This document shows, piece by piece, positions 1 to 9,852 of a stretch of 64,000 nucleotides of DNA (the stretch's first letter is position 1; each line of letters starts with the position of its first letter). A program made the position numbers and the translations under genes. The DNA comes from Acetobacteraceae bacterium (lineage in GTDB: Bacteria; Pseudomonadota; Alphaproteobacteria; Acetobacterales; Acetobacteraceae). The notes beneath the pieces were generated by a model. It was not told the DNA's origin. It worked only from the letters and a program-made list of their open reading frames with translations, and searched no databases. Location of the stretch: assembly GCA_965276795.1 (NCBI GenBank), contig OZ255628.1, positions 2,183,850 through 2,247,849 of the forward strand, in the 5' to 3' direction.

Positions 1-674
1 CACGCACCAGCGCGAACGGTCTGGTGTTTTACGCCAGCGCGGGGAGCGAACACGGCGACGGTTATACGATATGCCTTCACTGCGGGCGAGCGCAGGCGGA
101 AGGCGTGCCTGGAAGTCCGCCTTTCGCTGAGCACAGGCCGCTCCGCTACACAAAAGCGGATGATGACGGAAAATGTCCCGGCGCGGCGAAGCCGTTCGCG
201 ATCAAGCAGAACCTCCTGCTCGGCCACGAGGTTCGCACCGACGTGTTCGAATTGCAGCTCAGCGGACTCAATCAGCCGGGCGCCGCATGGGCGTTTGGAT
301 CGGCGCTGCGCACGGCGCTCACGCGCGAACTCGGTGTTGAGCTAAACGAGGTAGGGCTCTGGGTTGAGCCTCGGCAGACCGCGATTGGAAGTTGGGGCCA
401 CACGTTGTTTCTGTTCGATCACGCGGCTGGCGGGGCCGGTTTCTCCGCGAGAGCGAAGGATTTGTTCGCGAAACTGTTGAGTCCCATCCGCGACCTGCTC
501 GACTGCAAGGTGGATGGTTGCGTCACTGGCTGCTCCGCCTGCGTCCTGACGTCCGACCTGCGTGACCAGCAACGGATAATCGATCGGCAGGCCGCGCTTT
601 CCTTTGCCGATGGCCATCTGCATCGACTGGCCGTGCCGGATTCCGCCGACTGGCGCCTAAGGATTGGCGCCTAG
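1..674 (+). CDS. C-terminal fragment of a DUF1998 (MrfA-type Zn-binding) domain protein, probably the tail of a DEAD/DEAH helicase. The 5' end lies outside the window.
   Basis: The frame is open from base 3. Cys clusters ICLHCGRA, DGKCPG and DGCVTGCSACV are typical of the DUF1998 metal-binding tail. Confidence 0.55.
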   Translation, partial: RTSANGLVFYASAGSEHGDGYTICLHCGRAQAEGVPGSPPFAEHRPLRYTKADDDGKCPGAAKPFAIKQNLLLGHEVRTDVFELQLSGLNQPGAAWAFGSALRTALTRELGVELNEVGLWVEPRQTAIGSWGHTLFLFDHAAGGAGFSARAKDLFAKLLSPIRDLLDCKVDGCVTGCSACVLTSDLRDQQRIIDRQAALSFADGHLHRLAVPDSADWRLRIGA

Positions 675-676
675 GA

Positions 677-1585
677 TTAGCGCTCCAAATGGAAAGAATG
701 TCCTGAGCCATGCCGTTCCCGAGGCTGGACATCTCTCACCGGCGCTTCGCCGTACATGCGCTTGTACTCGCGGCTGAATTGGGAAGGACTCGCATAACCT
801 ACGGTGAAGGCGGTGGTGGTAACGGGCGCAGCGCCTGAAAGGAGCAAGCGGCGCGCCTCCAGCAGCCGCAGATAGCGCTGATAGGCGAGCGGACTGTAGC
901 CGGTCACCGCCTTGAAGTGCCTGTGAAGCGACGTGGCACTCATGCCGGCTTCGGCGGCGAGACGTTTCACGCTGAGCGGCTTATCGGCGTTCGCGCCGAT
1001 CCACTCTGCGGCCGCCCGGACCTGGGCGAACCGCGAGCCGCGCCGCGTGACCTGGCGAAGCGTGCCGCCGAGCGGTCCCTGCAGCAGGCGATAACATAGC
1101 TCACGCGCGAAGGGACCGGCAAGCACGGCGGCGTCGCCCGGCGTCGCCAGCAGCCGCAGCAGACGGCCGAATGGCTCCAGCACCATCGCGTCCGCCGGCG
1201 CCGCGGCAAAGCTCGGGGCGTCGCAGGCGCCAGCGCCCGGCAAGGCCAGCAGCAGGTCGGCGATGATGCCAGGGTCGAGCCGAAGCTCCGCGCCGATATA
1301 GGGCCGGGCTGGAGAGGCCTCGATCACCTGGCTGACGAACGGCAGCCCAACGGTCGCCACGGCGCAGGTTCCGGTCACAAAATCCTGCGTCCGGCTCGCG
1401 AATGTCAGACGCTTCGCTCCTTGCAGCACAAGGTAGAAGACGGGCTCGAACAGCGCCGGGATGGGCGCGGTCGGCGCGGCGCTGCAGCGGATCATCAGGC
1501 CTGGAACGGCGGAGGGAACCGGTGACGAAGTGGCATGCTCAGCCGCGAGCGCCGCTTGTTCCGCCACCATCGCGTCGATGTCCAT
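677..1585 (-). CDS. AraC family transcriptional regulator
   Basis: C-terminal HTH_18 signature: LSVKRLAAEAGMSATSLHRHFKAVTGYSPLAYQRYLRLLEARRLL ... GYASPSQFSREYKRMYG. N-terminal AraC_N-like region. Confidence 0.85.
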   Translation of the reverse strand: MDIDAMVAEQAALAAEHATSSPVPSAVPGLMIRCSAAPTAPIPALFEPVFYLVLQGAKRLTFASRTQDFVTGTCAVATVGLPFVSQVIEASPARPYIGAELRLDPGIIADLLLALPGAGACDAPSFAAAPADAMVLEPFGRLLRLLATPGDAAVLAGPFARELCYRLLQGPLGGTLRQVTRRGSRFAQVRAAAEWIGANADKPLSVKRLAAEAGMSATSLHRHFKAVTGYSPLAYQRYLRLLEARRLLLSGAAPVTTTAFTVGYASPSQFSREYKRMYGEAPVRDVQPRERHGSGHSFHLER

Positions 1586-1763
1586 AGTGTCTCGCTCGAT
1601 AAAACAAAACCAACTGGGTTCGAAGTGGTGCGATTGGTAGGATCAGGCAAGCCTCTGGCAGCATCGGGAATGGGGAAGCTGCGCCTCGTCCCCACATAAT
1701 GGTCTTGGAGAAAATACCCCAGCCCGGCGCACTGCCGCCGGCCATCACCGACAAGGAGTTACG

Positions 1764-2159
1764 ATGACCGATCAAGCAATCTCCACCCTGCCGCGCGAAG
1801 CCAAGGGTCCGCTTGCGCCGCCGCCGCTGCTCGGCGGCACCGTTCAGGCGGTAGCCGATGCCATTGCCGCGTGGCCCGAGGTCGAAGCCAGCACGCATTG
1901 GCATTTCAGCGATCAGACCCGCGTCGACGGGATCGACTTTTACGTCGGACCGGACGAACTCGGCCACATCCACCTCAACGGATCGATCCATCTCGCAACC
2001 ACCCCGGAGCTCGGGGCGGAGCTGGTCGCCGAGGGACTAGGTAAGCCGTTTCCTTGGGCGAGAGGGTGGACGATGACCAATATAAGCCGCCTCGGCGTCG
2101 ATGGAGCCGTGGCGCTGTTTCGCCGCAACTACGACCGGCTTCGGCCCGTCGCCTCTTGA
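1764..2159 (+). CDS. Small luciferase-family / DUF5519-like protein
   Basis: 131 aa containing ELGHIHLNGSIHLATTPELGAELVAEGLGKPFPW, which resembles the small 'luciferase family protein' class. Divergent from the AraC gene. Confidence 0.5.
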   Translation: MTDQAISTLPREAKGPLAPPPLLGGTVQAVADAIAAWPEVEASTHWHFSDQTRVDGIDFYVGPDELGHIHLNGSIHLATTPELGAELVAEGLGKPFPWARGWTMTNISRLGVDGAVALFRRNYDRLRPVAS

Positions 2160-2204
2160 CGACGCGCGGCGCCGGCTCAATCCGATCTCCAAAGGAGAAT
2201 TTCC

Positions 2205-3083
2205 ATGATCGTCGTCACAACGCCGACCGGCAATATTGGCCACCACGTCGTCCAGCGCCTGCTCGGCGCCAACGAGCCGGTGCGCGTCATCGTCCGCGAT
2301 GCGAGCAAGCTCTCGCAGGCGATCCGCGACCGGATCGAGGTCGTCGAGGGTTCGCACGGCAACGCCGCAGTGGCCGATCGGGCGCTTGCAGGGGCTGAAT
2401 CCGTGTTCTGGGTGGCGTCGCCCAACCCGTCCGAGAGGCTCGACGACACCTACATCAACTTCACCCGCCCGGCAGCCGGCGCGATCCGCCGCCACGGCGT
2501 CGCACGCGTCGTCGTGGTTACTGCGCTGGGGCGCGGCACCAAATGGGAGGACAGGGCCGGGCTGGTCACCGCGTCGATCCGCATGGTCGACCTCTTGAAC
2601 GAGACCGGCGCAGCCGTTCGCGGCCTTGCCATGCCGGGCTTCATGGAAAACGCGCTTCAACAAGTGGACGCGATCAGGCAGGGCCAGATGTTCGGCCCGC
2701 TCGATCCGGACAAGAAGCTGCCTCACACCGCCACGCGCGACATGGGCGCGGCCGCGGCCCGGCTCCTGCAGGATCGCTCATGGTCGGGCCAGGAAGACGT
2801 GCCGTTGCTGGGGCCGGAGGATTTGTCGTTCAACGAGGTCGCCACCATCGTCTCCGAGGCGCTCGGCCGTGAGGTGCGCTACCAACAGGTCCCATTCGGC
2901 GGCTTCAAGGCGCAGCTAAAGGAGCGCGGCATGAGCGAGGGGTTCGCGACGGGCTATGTCGACATGATGCGAGCAAAGAACGAGGGCATGGACAACGCCG
3001 CGACCCGCTCGTCCGCCAACACCGGCCCAACCACGTTCCGCGAATGGACCGAGACCGAGCTGAAGCCTGCGCTGAACTCCTGA
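2205..3083 (+). CDS. NmrA-family NAD(P)-binding protein
   Basis: N-terminal Rossmann motif MIVVTTPTGNIGHHVV. Length and overall pattern are NmrA-like. GGAG lies upstream of the ATG. Confidence 0.75.
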   Translation: MIVVTTPTGNIGHHVVQRLLGANEPVRVIVRDASKLSQAIRDRIEVVEGSHGNAAVADRALAGAESVFWVASPNPSERLDDTYINFTRPAAGAIRRHGVARVVVVTALGRGTKWEDRAGLVTASIRMVDLLNETGAAVRGLAMPGFMENALQQVDAIRQGQMFGPLDPDKKLPHTATRDMGAAAARLLQDRSWSGQEDVPLLGPEDLSFNEVATIVSEALGREVRYQQVPFGGFKAQLKERGMSEGFATGYVDMMRAKNEGMDNAATRSSANTGPTTFREWTETELKPALNS

Positions 3084-3105
3084 ATGCGCGAGGCGCAATC
3101 AGCGG

Positions 3106-4089
3106 TCAGTGCCTCAGCCGGCCGGTTCCGTATTGCAGCAGCATGGCAAGGACGATGATCACGCCCAGGAACACCTGCTGATCGTACCCCGGCACGTTCG
3201 CGAGGTTCATGATGTTGCCGATAATGGCAAGGATCAGCACGCCGAGCAGCGTGTTGATGACGCCGCCATGGCCGCCCATCAGGCTGGCGCCGCCGACCAC
3301 CACCGCGGCGATCACCGTAAGCTCGTCGCCGACGCCGACACTGGCCGAGCCGACACCGGTGCGGCTGGTGGTGATAATGCCGGCGATGGCGGCCAATGCC
3401 CCGGAGATCACATAAACCGAGGCGACATAACGCGGCACCGGGATGCCGGAGAGGCGGACGGCCTCTTCATTCGAGCCAATCGCCTTCACCACCCGGCCAA
3501 ACTTGGTAAAGCTCAGCACCAGGCCGCCCGCTAGGTAAACCAATGCCATCAGGATCGCCGGGTCAGGCAGGCCGAGCAGGAAGCCGGCGCCGAAGGTCAT
3601 GAAGGGCGTGCCCGGATTGCCCATCAGGATCGGCTGGCCGTTCGAGATGATCAGAGCAAAACCGCTCGCCATGCTCATCATCGCCAGCGTCATCACGAAG
3701 GAAGGCAGGCGGACATAGGCCACCAGCAGCCCGGTGATCGCGCCGGCGCCGGCGCCCAGCAAAACGACAAACAAAATGCTCACCGGCGCCGAATGGGCGC
3801 CGATGAAAATGGCCAACAGCACGCTGCCGAACGCCACCAGCGACCCGACCGAAAGGTCGATCCCGCCGGTCAGGATCACGAACAGCATCCCGACCGCCAT
3901 GATGCCGGTGCCCGAGATTTGCCGCAGCACGTTCATGATGTTCAGATAACTCAGGAACACCGGCGATTCGTAGGCAGCGCCGATCACCAGCAGCAGGAAG
4001 ATGCAGAGCGTGCCGTATCGGCGCAGGAATGCGGCGATGTCGAACCGGACGCGCCGTTCGGCGGCGGGCTTAGCGATGGTCGCGGTCAT
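3106..4089 (-). CDS. Sugar ABC transporter permease (RbsC/BPD_transp_2 type)
   Basis: Polytopic hydrophobic protein with the TGGIDLSVGS motif. Abuts the ATPase gene (stop/start adjacent at 4089/4090). Confidence 0.85.
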   Translation of the reverse strand: MTATIAKPAAERRVRFDIAAFLRRYGTLCIFLLLVIGAAYESPVFLSYLNIMNVLRQISGTGIMAVGMLFVILTGGIDLSVGSLVAFGSVLLAIFIGAHSAPVSILFVVLLGAGAGAITGLLVAYVRLPSFVMTLAMMSMASGFALIISNGQPILMGNPGTPFMTFGAGFLLGLPDPAILMALVYLAGGLVLSFTKFGRVVKAIGSNEEAVRLSGIPVPRYVASVYVISGALAAIAGIITTSRTGVGSASVGVGDELTVIAAVVVGGASLMGGHGGVINTLLGVLILAIIGNIMNLANVPGYDQQVFLGVIIVLAMLLQYGTGRLRH

Positions 4090-5595
4090 TCAAGCCTCCA
4101 TTTCTGGCGCCATCGCGCTTTGCTTCATCGCCAGCGATAACAAATTCGCCTCGCTATAGGCCTCAGGCGTCAGTTCGCCCCGAACTTCGCCCGCGTTCAT
4201 CACCAAAATCCGGTCGCACAGCTTGAACAATTCCTGATGCTCCGAGGAGATCACCAGCACCGCCTTGCCCTCGGCCGCCAGCTTCTCGACCAACCCGTAG
4301 ATTTCCGATTTCGCGCCGACATCAACGCCGCGGGTCGGCTCGTCGAGAATGATCACATCGCCGCCGGCATGAAACCACTTCGCCAGCGACACTTTCTGCT
4401 GATTGCCGCCGGACAGGTTGGCCACCGGCGCGTCAAGGCTGGCGAATTTCAGCCGCAACGCCTGCGAAAGCGCCGCCACCAGCTTCTGCTCGGCGCCGGC
4501 GCGGATAAACCCCGCCGCGTTCACCACCGCGCCAAGCCGCGCCATCGTGGTATTCACCCGGATCGACAGGCTCGGGATCACGCCCTGCATCTTGCGATCC
4601 TCCGGCACCAGGCCGATCCCCGCCTTCACCGCGTCATGCGGCGAACGCAGCTTCAACCGCTTGCCGCCAAGATGAATGTCACCGGCGTCGCGGCGATCAG
4701 CGCCGAAAATCACTCGCGCCACCTCGGTGCGTCCCGATCCCACCATGCCGCCCAGCCCGACAATCTCGCCTGCGTTGATCGTCAAGCTGACATCGCGCAC
4801 CCGGCGTCCGGAATGCAGCCCGGCAACCCGCAAAACCTCGCGGCCCGTATCATGGGTGCCAGCGCGGGTGAGCAGGTCATTGAGTTGCCGCCCCACCATC
4901 ATCCGGATCAGCGCATCGACATCGGCTTCCGCCGGCAGCACGACGCCGACGCTGGCGCCATCCTTCATCACCGTCACCCGGTCGGCGATCCGCAGCACCT
5001 CGTCGAGCCGGTGCGAAATATAAACAATGCCGACGCCGCTCTGGCGGAGACCGGCGATAATCTTGTGCAGCCGCTCGGCGTCACTTGCCGCCAGCACCGC
5101 CGTCGGCTCGTCGAACACGATCATCCTGATGTCGCGCGACAGCGCCTTGGCGATCTCGACCACCTGCTGCAGCGCCACCGGAAGATCGCTAGTCCGCTGG
5201 CTGGGGCTGATGTCGAACCCCAAGCGGCGGATCAGATCGCGGGCGCGGCGGTTGAGCTTCGGCCAGGAGATCACCCCTGGCAACTCGCGCATAAAAATGT
5301 TTTCCGCCACCGTCAGATCAGGCGCGAGGGCAAGCTCCTGGTGGATCAGCGCGATGCCGCGATCCAGCGCCGCCTTTGGGTTCTTCAACTGAACGACGGC
5401 GCCATCGATCCGGACTTCACCCGAATCAGGGGCGAATTCGCCGCCAATCACCCGCATCAGCGTCGATTTGCCAGCGCCGTTTTCGCCGACCAGGGCGTGA
5501 ACCTCCCCTGGCTCGACAGCGAAGTCCACCCCTTTGAGCGCCCGCACGCCGCCAAAGCTCTTGGTGATCGCCCTTAATTCGACAAGCGCGGTCAT
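4090..5595 (-). CDS. Sugar ABC transporter ATP-binding protein (duplicated ATPase, RbsA type)
   Basis: Two ABC cassettes. Walker A GENGAGKST, signatures LSGGNQQKV and IVFDEPT/IILDEPTRGVD. 501 aa. Confidence 0.9.
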   Translation of the reverse strand: MTALVELRAITKSFGGVRALKGVDFAVEPGEVHALVGENGAGKSTLMRVIGGEFAPDSGEVRIDGAVVQLKNPKAALDRGIALIHQELALAPDLTVAENIFMRELPGVISWPKLNRRARDLIRRLGFDISPSQRTSDLPVALQQVVEIAKALSRDIRMIVFDEPTAVLAASDAERLHKIIAGLRQSGVGIVYISHRLDEVLRIADRVTVMKDGASVGVVLPAEADVDALIRMMVGRQLNDLLTRAGTHDTGREVLRVAGLHSGRRVRDVSLTINAGEIVGLGGMVGSGRTEVARVIFGADRRDAGDIHLGGKRLKLRSPHDAVKAGIGLVPEDRKMQGVIPSLSIRVNTTMARLGAVVNAAGFIRAGAEQKLVAALSQALRLKFASLDAPVANLSGGNQQKVSLAKWFHAGGDVIILDEPTRGVDVGAKSEIYGLVEKLAAEGKAVLVISSEHQELFKLCDRILVMNAGEVRGELTPEAYSEANLLSLAMKQSAMAPEMEA

Positions 5596-5631
5596 CGGCG
5601 TCCGGTCAATCCACCAGGTTGCTAAAACCGC

Positions 5632-6609
5632 TCAAAAAACCGCTTTCGGATTGTAATATTGGCTGGCATCCGCTTGGTCGATCACCGCCGGCTTGGTGTA
5701 ATCGGTTTTCGGAAAATTAGCGGGCAGCTTGCCATTCAGCGCCTCCACGCCGACCTTGACCGCGGTATCCGCCACCAGCACCGGATTATTCATCCCGGTC
5801 GCGCCATATTTGCCGTCCTTAATAAGCTGGATCGCCTGTCTCTGGCCATCGGCGGCGGCAACCAGGAGGACGCTGTTCAGCTTGCCGGATGACTTGAGCG
5901 CCGTGCGTGCGCCCAGCACCATCGAATCGTTCTCGCCGATCACTACATTGACGTCCGGATGAGCGGTCAGAATATCCTCCATCGCCTTCAATCCGCCAGC
6001 ATTGTTCCAGTCGCCCCAACCCTGCGCGACGATCCGGAAATTGGTGCTGCCCTCATGATCGAGCTGGCCTTCGACCAGGCCGCTGATAACGCCGAGCCGC
6101 CGCTGCTCGCCGACCACATTGCCTTTGTCACCGGAAATCAGCGCGATCTTCAACGGCTTGCCCGCCATCTTCTGCGCCAGCCACTGGCCAACCAGCATGC
6201 CGTTCTGCGTATTGGAGGATTGCACCAGCGACACGTAATTCGCCTTGGGATCGAGCGAGCTATCCATCACGATCACCTTCACCCCGGCGGCGGAAGCGGC
6301 ATTAACTGCCGGCACCAGCCCTTCCGGATCGCGCGGATTGATGATCAGCAGATTGATGCCCTTGGCCACCATGTCCTCGACATCGCCGATCTGCTTGGTC
6401 ATCTGGTTCTGCCCATCCGCTGTCGTAATGGTGCAGCCCAATTTCTTGCCCTCGGCGACCGCGGCCTGTTCCTGCGCCGCGAAATAGGGCGCGTTCAGCG
6501 TGTACATCGACACGCCCATCTTGCAAGCCGGGGCGGCATTAGCGCTGGCCGCGGCGCCAGCCGCCAAGGCGACAGCGAGCAGAGAGATCTTCAGTCCCGC
6601 ACCAGTCAT
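5632..6609 (-). CDS. Periplasmic sugar-binding protein (RbsB/PBP1 type)
   Basis: Signal peptide MTGAGLKISLLAVALAAGAAASANA. Start chosen at the ATG at 6609, preceded by GGAGGAACAGGAA. PBP type-1 pattern. Confidence 0.8.
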   Translation of the reverse strand: MTGAGLKISLLAVALAAGAAASANAAPACKMGVSMYTLNAPYFAAQEQAAVAEGKKLGCTITTADGQNQMTKQIGDVEDMVAKGINLLIINPRDPEGLVPAVNAASAAGVKVIVMDSSLDPKANYVSLVQSSNTQNGMLVGQWLAQKMAGKPLKIALISGDKGNVVGEQRRLGVISGLVEGQLDHEGSTNFRIVAQGWGDWNNAGGLKAMEDILTAHPDVNVVIGENDSMVLGARTALKSSGKLNSVLLVAAADGQRQAIQLIKDGKYGATGMNNPVLVADTAVKVGVEALNGKLPANFPKTDYTKPAVIDQADASQYYNPKAVF

Positions 6610-6766
6610 TTCCTGTTCCTCCCGAAAGAACATACGGCCCATTATCAAGCCTTACCGGTAATTATGATACAGAAGATTTACTGCGTCAACGTAAAATTAT
6701 GGATTAATCAGGGTATAGTTCAGCATCCACTCTGTTTTACGTAGCGCAGTTACAAAATCAGCGCCG

Positions 6767-7672
6767 TTAGCTAGGCGGACGCCGGCGATACTCGGTCAGG
6801 GTCCGCTTCATCTCCTGCACACGCGCCCGGTGGGCCTCGCTGCGGCGGATCGCCACCGTGGTCGAGAGCACGTCGATCACCACCAGGGCGGCGATGCGCG
6901 AGATCGTCGGCGTGAACACGTCGGTATTGTCCAAGGTTTCCACCAGCAGCGTCAGGTCGCAATGCTCGGACAACTCCGCCATCGTGCCGGTCAAGGCGAT
7001 GACGGTCGCGCCATTTTTCTGCGCGGTCTGCGCGACCTCGATGATCTCGCGCGAGGAGCCGGTATTGGAGATAGCGACGGCGACATCGTCAGGTCCCATC
7101 ATCGAGGCGACCATAATCTGCTGATGCGAATCAAGATGCGCGCCGCACGGCACGCCGAATAGCGGGAATTTCTGCTGCGCGTCGCGGGCGACGATGCCGG
7201 AGGCGCCAAAACCAAAGAACTCAATCGACCGGGCGCGCTCCAGGATGCCGACCGCCTGCTCCAGAATAGCGGGGTCGAGATGCTGGCGCGCCCAGTCCAG
7301 GCTGGTGATGGTGTAGTCGAAAATTTTCTCGGCGACTCCGGCGGCGGTGTCGTCATTGACGATCACCGAATGGGTCGCCGGGGTGCCGAGCGCCATGCTA
7401 TGCGCGAGGCGAAGCCGGAAATCCTGAAAGCCGACGCAGCCGACCGCGACGCAGAACCGGATCACCGTCGGCTGGCTGACGCCCGCCGCGTCGGCGACCT
7501 CGGCGACCGTCGCCGTGAGCACCCGGTCCGGGTCCGACAACACCAGCTCGGCCACCTTGCGGTCCGACTTGCGCAACTCGGGCAGGCACAGCCGCACCAC
7601 CTCCAGGATATTCTTGTTCGACCGGCGGACGCCCGGATCGCTCACTTTCGACATAATGACGTTTGGCCCCAT
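6767..7672 (-). CDS. MurR/RpiR family transcriptional regulator (HTH_6 + SIS)
   Basis: LRKSDRKVAELVLSDP...VAEVADAAGVSQPTVIRFC HTH plus an SIS domain (FFGFGASG...VAISNTGSS). The start could instead be the ATG at 7654. Confidence 0.85.
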   Translation of the reverse strand: MGPNVIMSKVSDPGVRRSNKNILEVVRLCLPELRKSDRKVAELVLSDPDRVLTATVAEVADAAGVSQPTVIRFCVAVGCVGFQDFRLRLAHSMALGTPATHSVIVNDDTAAGVAEKIFDYTITSLDWARQHLDPAILEQAVGILERARSIEFFGFGASGIVARDAQQKFPLFGVPCGAHLDSHQQIMVASMMGPDDVAVAISNTGSSREIIEVAQTAQKNGATVIALTGTMAELSEHCDLTLLVETLDNTDVFTPTISRIAALVVIDVLSTTVAIRRSEAHRARVQEMKRTLTEYRRRPPS

Positions 7673-7763
7673 CTTCTAAAGCGTGATGAGTCTAGACTCA
7701 TCACGCTTTGACTTTAGTTTGCAATTAACTTCATGGCGTGACGGATCACTTCGCAGGTTAAGC

Positions 7764-7893
7764 AAGCGCTTCTTTTTACAAAAAGGCTACGCGCCGCGGA
7801 AGCAAAAACTTTTGTTAGTCGGTAGCCGCGCTCAAGCCGCAGGCACTTGAACTCACAAAAGTTTTTTGGTTCTTTTTTGCAAAAAAGAACCGC
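7764..7893. repeat. AT-rich palindromic unit pair (locus 1): an interrupted B hairpin plus an A hairpin GGTTCTTTTTTGCAAAAAAGAACC
   Basis: AAGCGCTTCTTTTTACAAAAAG[13-nt GC insert]GAAGCAAAAACTTTTG ... CAAAAGTTTTTTGGTTCTTTTTTGCAAAAAAGAACCGCTT. Same architecture as loci 5 and 6. Confidence 0.8.
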
Positions 7894-7929
7894 TTTTTTT
7901 ATCGAACCTATTTCTCGCCAGCATCCAGC

Positions 7930-8859
7930 CTACAGGATGTTCGCCAGCAGATTAGCGACGGCGATCAGAGTGGCGCGGTCAACGCTTTCCTCGGTAAAGG
8001 CGCCGATATGGCTGGTCGCGATGACGTTCGGATGGCCAGCTAACGCCAGCGAGCGAGGCGGTTCCTCGGCGAAAACGTCGGTGGCGTACAGGCCAAGCTT
8101 GCCCGCTTCCAGCGCATCGAACACCGCCGCCTCATCGACCAGCGAGGCGCGCGCCGTGTTCACCAGAATGGCCTCCGCCCGCATCGCCGCAAGTTCCGCG
8201 CCGCCAATGAGCGGGCGGCCATGCGCCGGCGGACAATGCAAGGTGACGATATCCGCCTCGCCTAAAATCTCCGGGATTGTCGCCCAGCGGAAGCGCTCCG
8301 GCGGCGCGTCGATACCGGGACGCATCGGATCAAACCCCATCGCCCGCGCGCCCAAGGCCGTTACCAGGCGCGCCACCTCCCGCCCAATGGCGCCGCAGCC
8401 GATAATCCCGATCACGCGCCCCCTAATCTCCCGCCCGCGCCGGCGCGGCCAGCCGCCCGCTTTGACGCCGGCATCGGTCGCCGGAATATGGCGCAACGCC
8501 GCGAACATCAGCCCCACCGCCAGCTCGGCGACGCCGGCCGCATTGGCGCCATCGGCGGTAAGCAGCGCGATCCGGCGCTCGCGCATCAGCCGGACCGGCA
8601 GAGTATCGGTGCCGACGCCATTGCGGCTGATCGCCTTGAGTTCGGTGGCCGCGGCGATCACCGCCTCCGATACCGGTTCCACCCCGGCCAGCCAGCCGAC
8701 GCAGCCGGGAACCAGGCGCAATAGCTCGGCCTCATCGGGTTGCTGCCCGGCGGCGGCAAAGATCAGCTCAAAGCCAGCCTTCTCGATGGCCTCGAACGCG
8801 GCATGATGGTTCGCCGTCAGCGAGCGCGGCGTCACCAGCACTTTCGCCCGGACCGTCAT
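7930..8859 (-). CDS. D-isomer-specific 2-hydroxyacid dehydrogenase family protein
   Basis: NAD-binding motif VIGIIGCGAIGREVARL, plus TLHCP, LVNTARASLVDE and the catalytic-region motif HIGAFTEES. Confidence 0.8.
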   Translation of the reverse strand: MTVRAKVLVTPRSLTANHHAAFEAIEKAGFELIFAAAGQQPDEAELLRLVPGCVGWLAGVEPVSEAVIAAATELKAISRNGVGTDTLPVRLMRERRIALLTADGANAAGVAELAVGLMFAALRHIPATDAGVKAGGWPRRRGREIRGRVIGIIGCGAIGREVARLVTALGARAMGFDPMRPGIDAPPERFRWATIPEILGEADIVTLHCPPAHGRPLIGGAELAAMRAEAILVNTARASLVDEAAVFDALEAGKLGLYATDVFAEEPPRSLALAGHPNVIATSHIGAFTEESVDRATLIAVANLLANIL

Positions 8860-8862
8860 CGT

Positions 8863-9840
8863 TTAACCCGGCCTGGTAACGCTGGCGGCGATCCGAGCCA
8901 ATTCGTCAAAGCCCGGACCACTTGCCGGAATGCCGATGTGAAACACCTCGGCGATCACCTGGGTCCAGCCATGGATGAAATAGGTCCAGCCATCTTCAAC
9001 CTGCAAATGCCGCGCTCTGGCCTGGGCGCGCGCCTGGTCGAGGAAAACAAGATCGCCGCGATAATTCAAATCCCAGAGGATCGCCCGGTCAGGGAAGCGA
9101 ACGGCATCGGTCAGCGGCGAACCGGGCGCATCCTTGCCAAGGCCGGTGGCATTGATGATCAAGGAGCCAGGCCGCAGCCCAGCCACCACCGCGTCATTGT
9201 CTTCCGGCCTGGGCGCAAGCACATAAGACAACGGAACATCCGTCCCAATAGCCGCATGGATGCGCCTGAGTTCATCAAGGCGATCCTGGCTGCGATTGGA
9301 GACGATGATGCGCGACGGCACATTAGCGCCGCGCGCGCGGCGCATCAAATGCCAGGTCAGCGCAATCGTCGAGCCGCCGGCGCCCATCGAGAACAATTCG
9401 GCGCCGGTGCGGGCGAAATGCTCCGGCGGCAGAAACCCATCCAGCGACAAGCCGGACGAAATCGGGTCCTTGGCGTGGCAGATCAGCCGGCCCTCCCGCT
9501 TCGAGATGCAACTCGTCTCGCCCATCAAGGCGGCGTGGGCGTCGATCTCGCCGAACAGGTCGCGGCACGCCTTGAATAGATCGATCTTATGCGTCGTCAC
9601 CAGCGCGCCAAGCGATAACGGATCGCCATGAAGGAACTGAACCGCCGCCCGGTACGCTGCCGGGTCCGCATGCAGCGGAAAGTCAATGCCTTTGATCGCC
9701 GCGTCCAGCCCCAAATGCTTGGCCCAGGCCGGAAACACCGTCATGATCGAGCTTTTGCCGGTGGTGACGCCGATAAAATAAAGCGTCGGCCGCGTCGCCG
9801 GCCGGTACGGTCCCGCTTCTTGCAGTCCCGCCTCTTGCAT
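8863..9840 (-). CDS. Shikimate dehydrogenase-like (AroE family) protein
   Basis: YFIGVTTGKSSIMTVFPAWAKHLGL...ALVTTHKIDLF and a Rossmann-like FSMGAGGSTIA. Lies 3 nt upstream of the next gene in the operon. Confidence 0.55.
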   Translation of the reverse strand: MQEAGLQEAGPYRPATRPTLYFIGVTTGKSSIMTVFPAWAKHLGLDAAIKGIDFPLHADPAAYRAAVQFLHGDPLSLGALVTTHKIDLFKACRDLFGEIDAHAALMGETSCISKREGRLICHAKDPISSGLSLDGFLPPEHFARTGAELFSMGAGGSTIALTWHLMRRARGANVPSRIIVSNRSQDRLDELRRIHAAIGTDVPLSYVLAPRPEDNDAVVAGLRPGSLIINATGLGKDAPGSPLTDAVRFPDRAILWDLNYRGDLVFLDQARAQARARHLQVEDGWTYFIHGWTQVIAEVFHIGIPASGPGFDELARIAASVTRPG

Positions 9841-9852
9841 GAGCCGCGTTCC

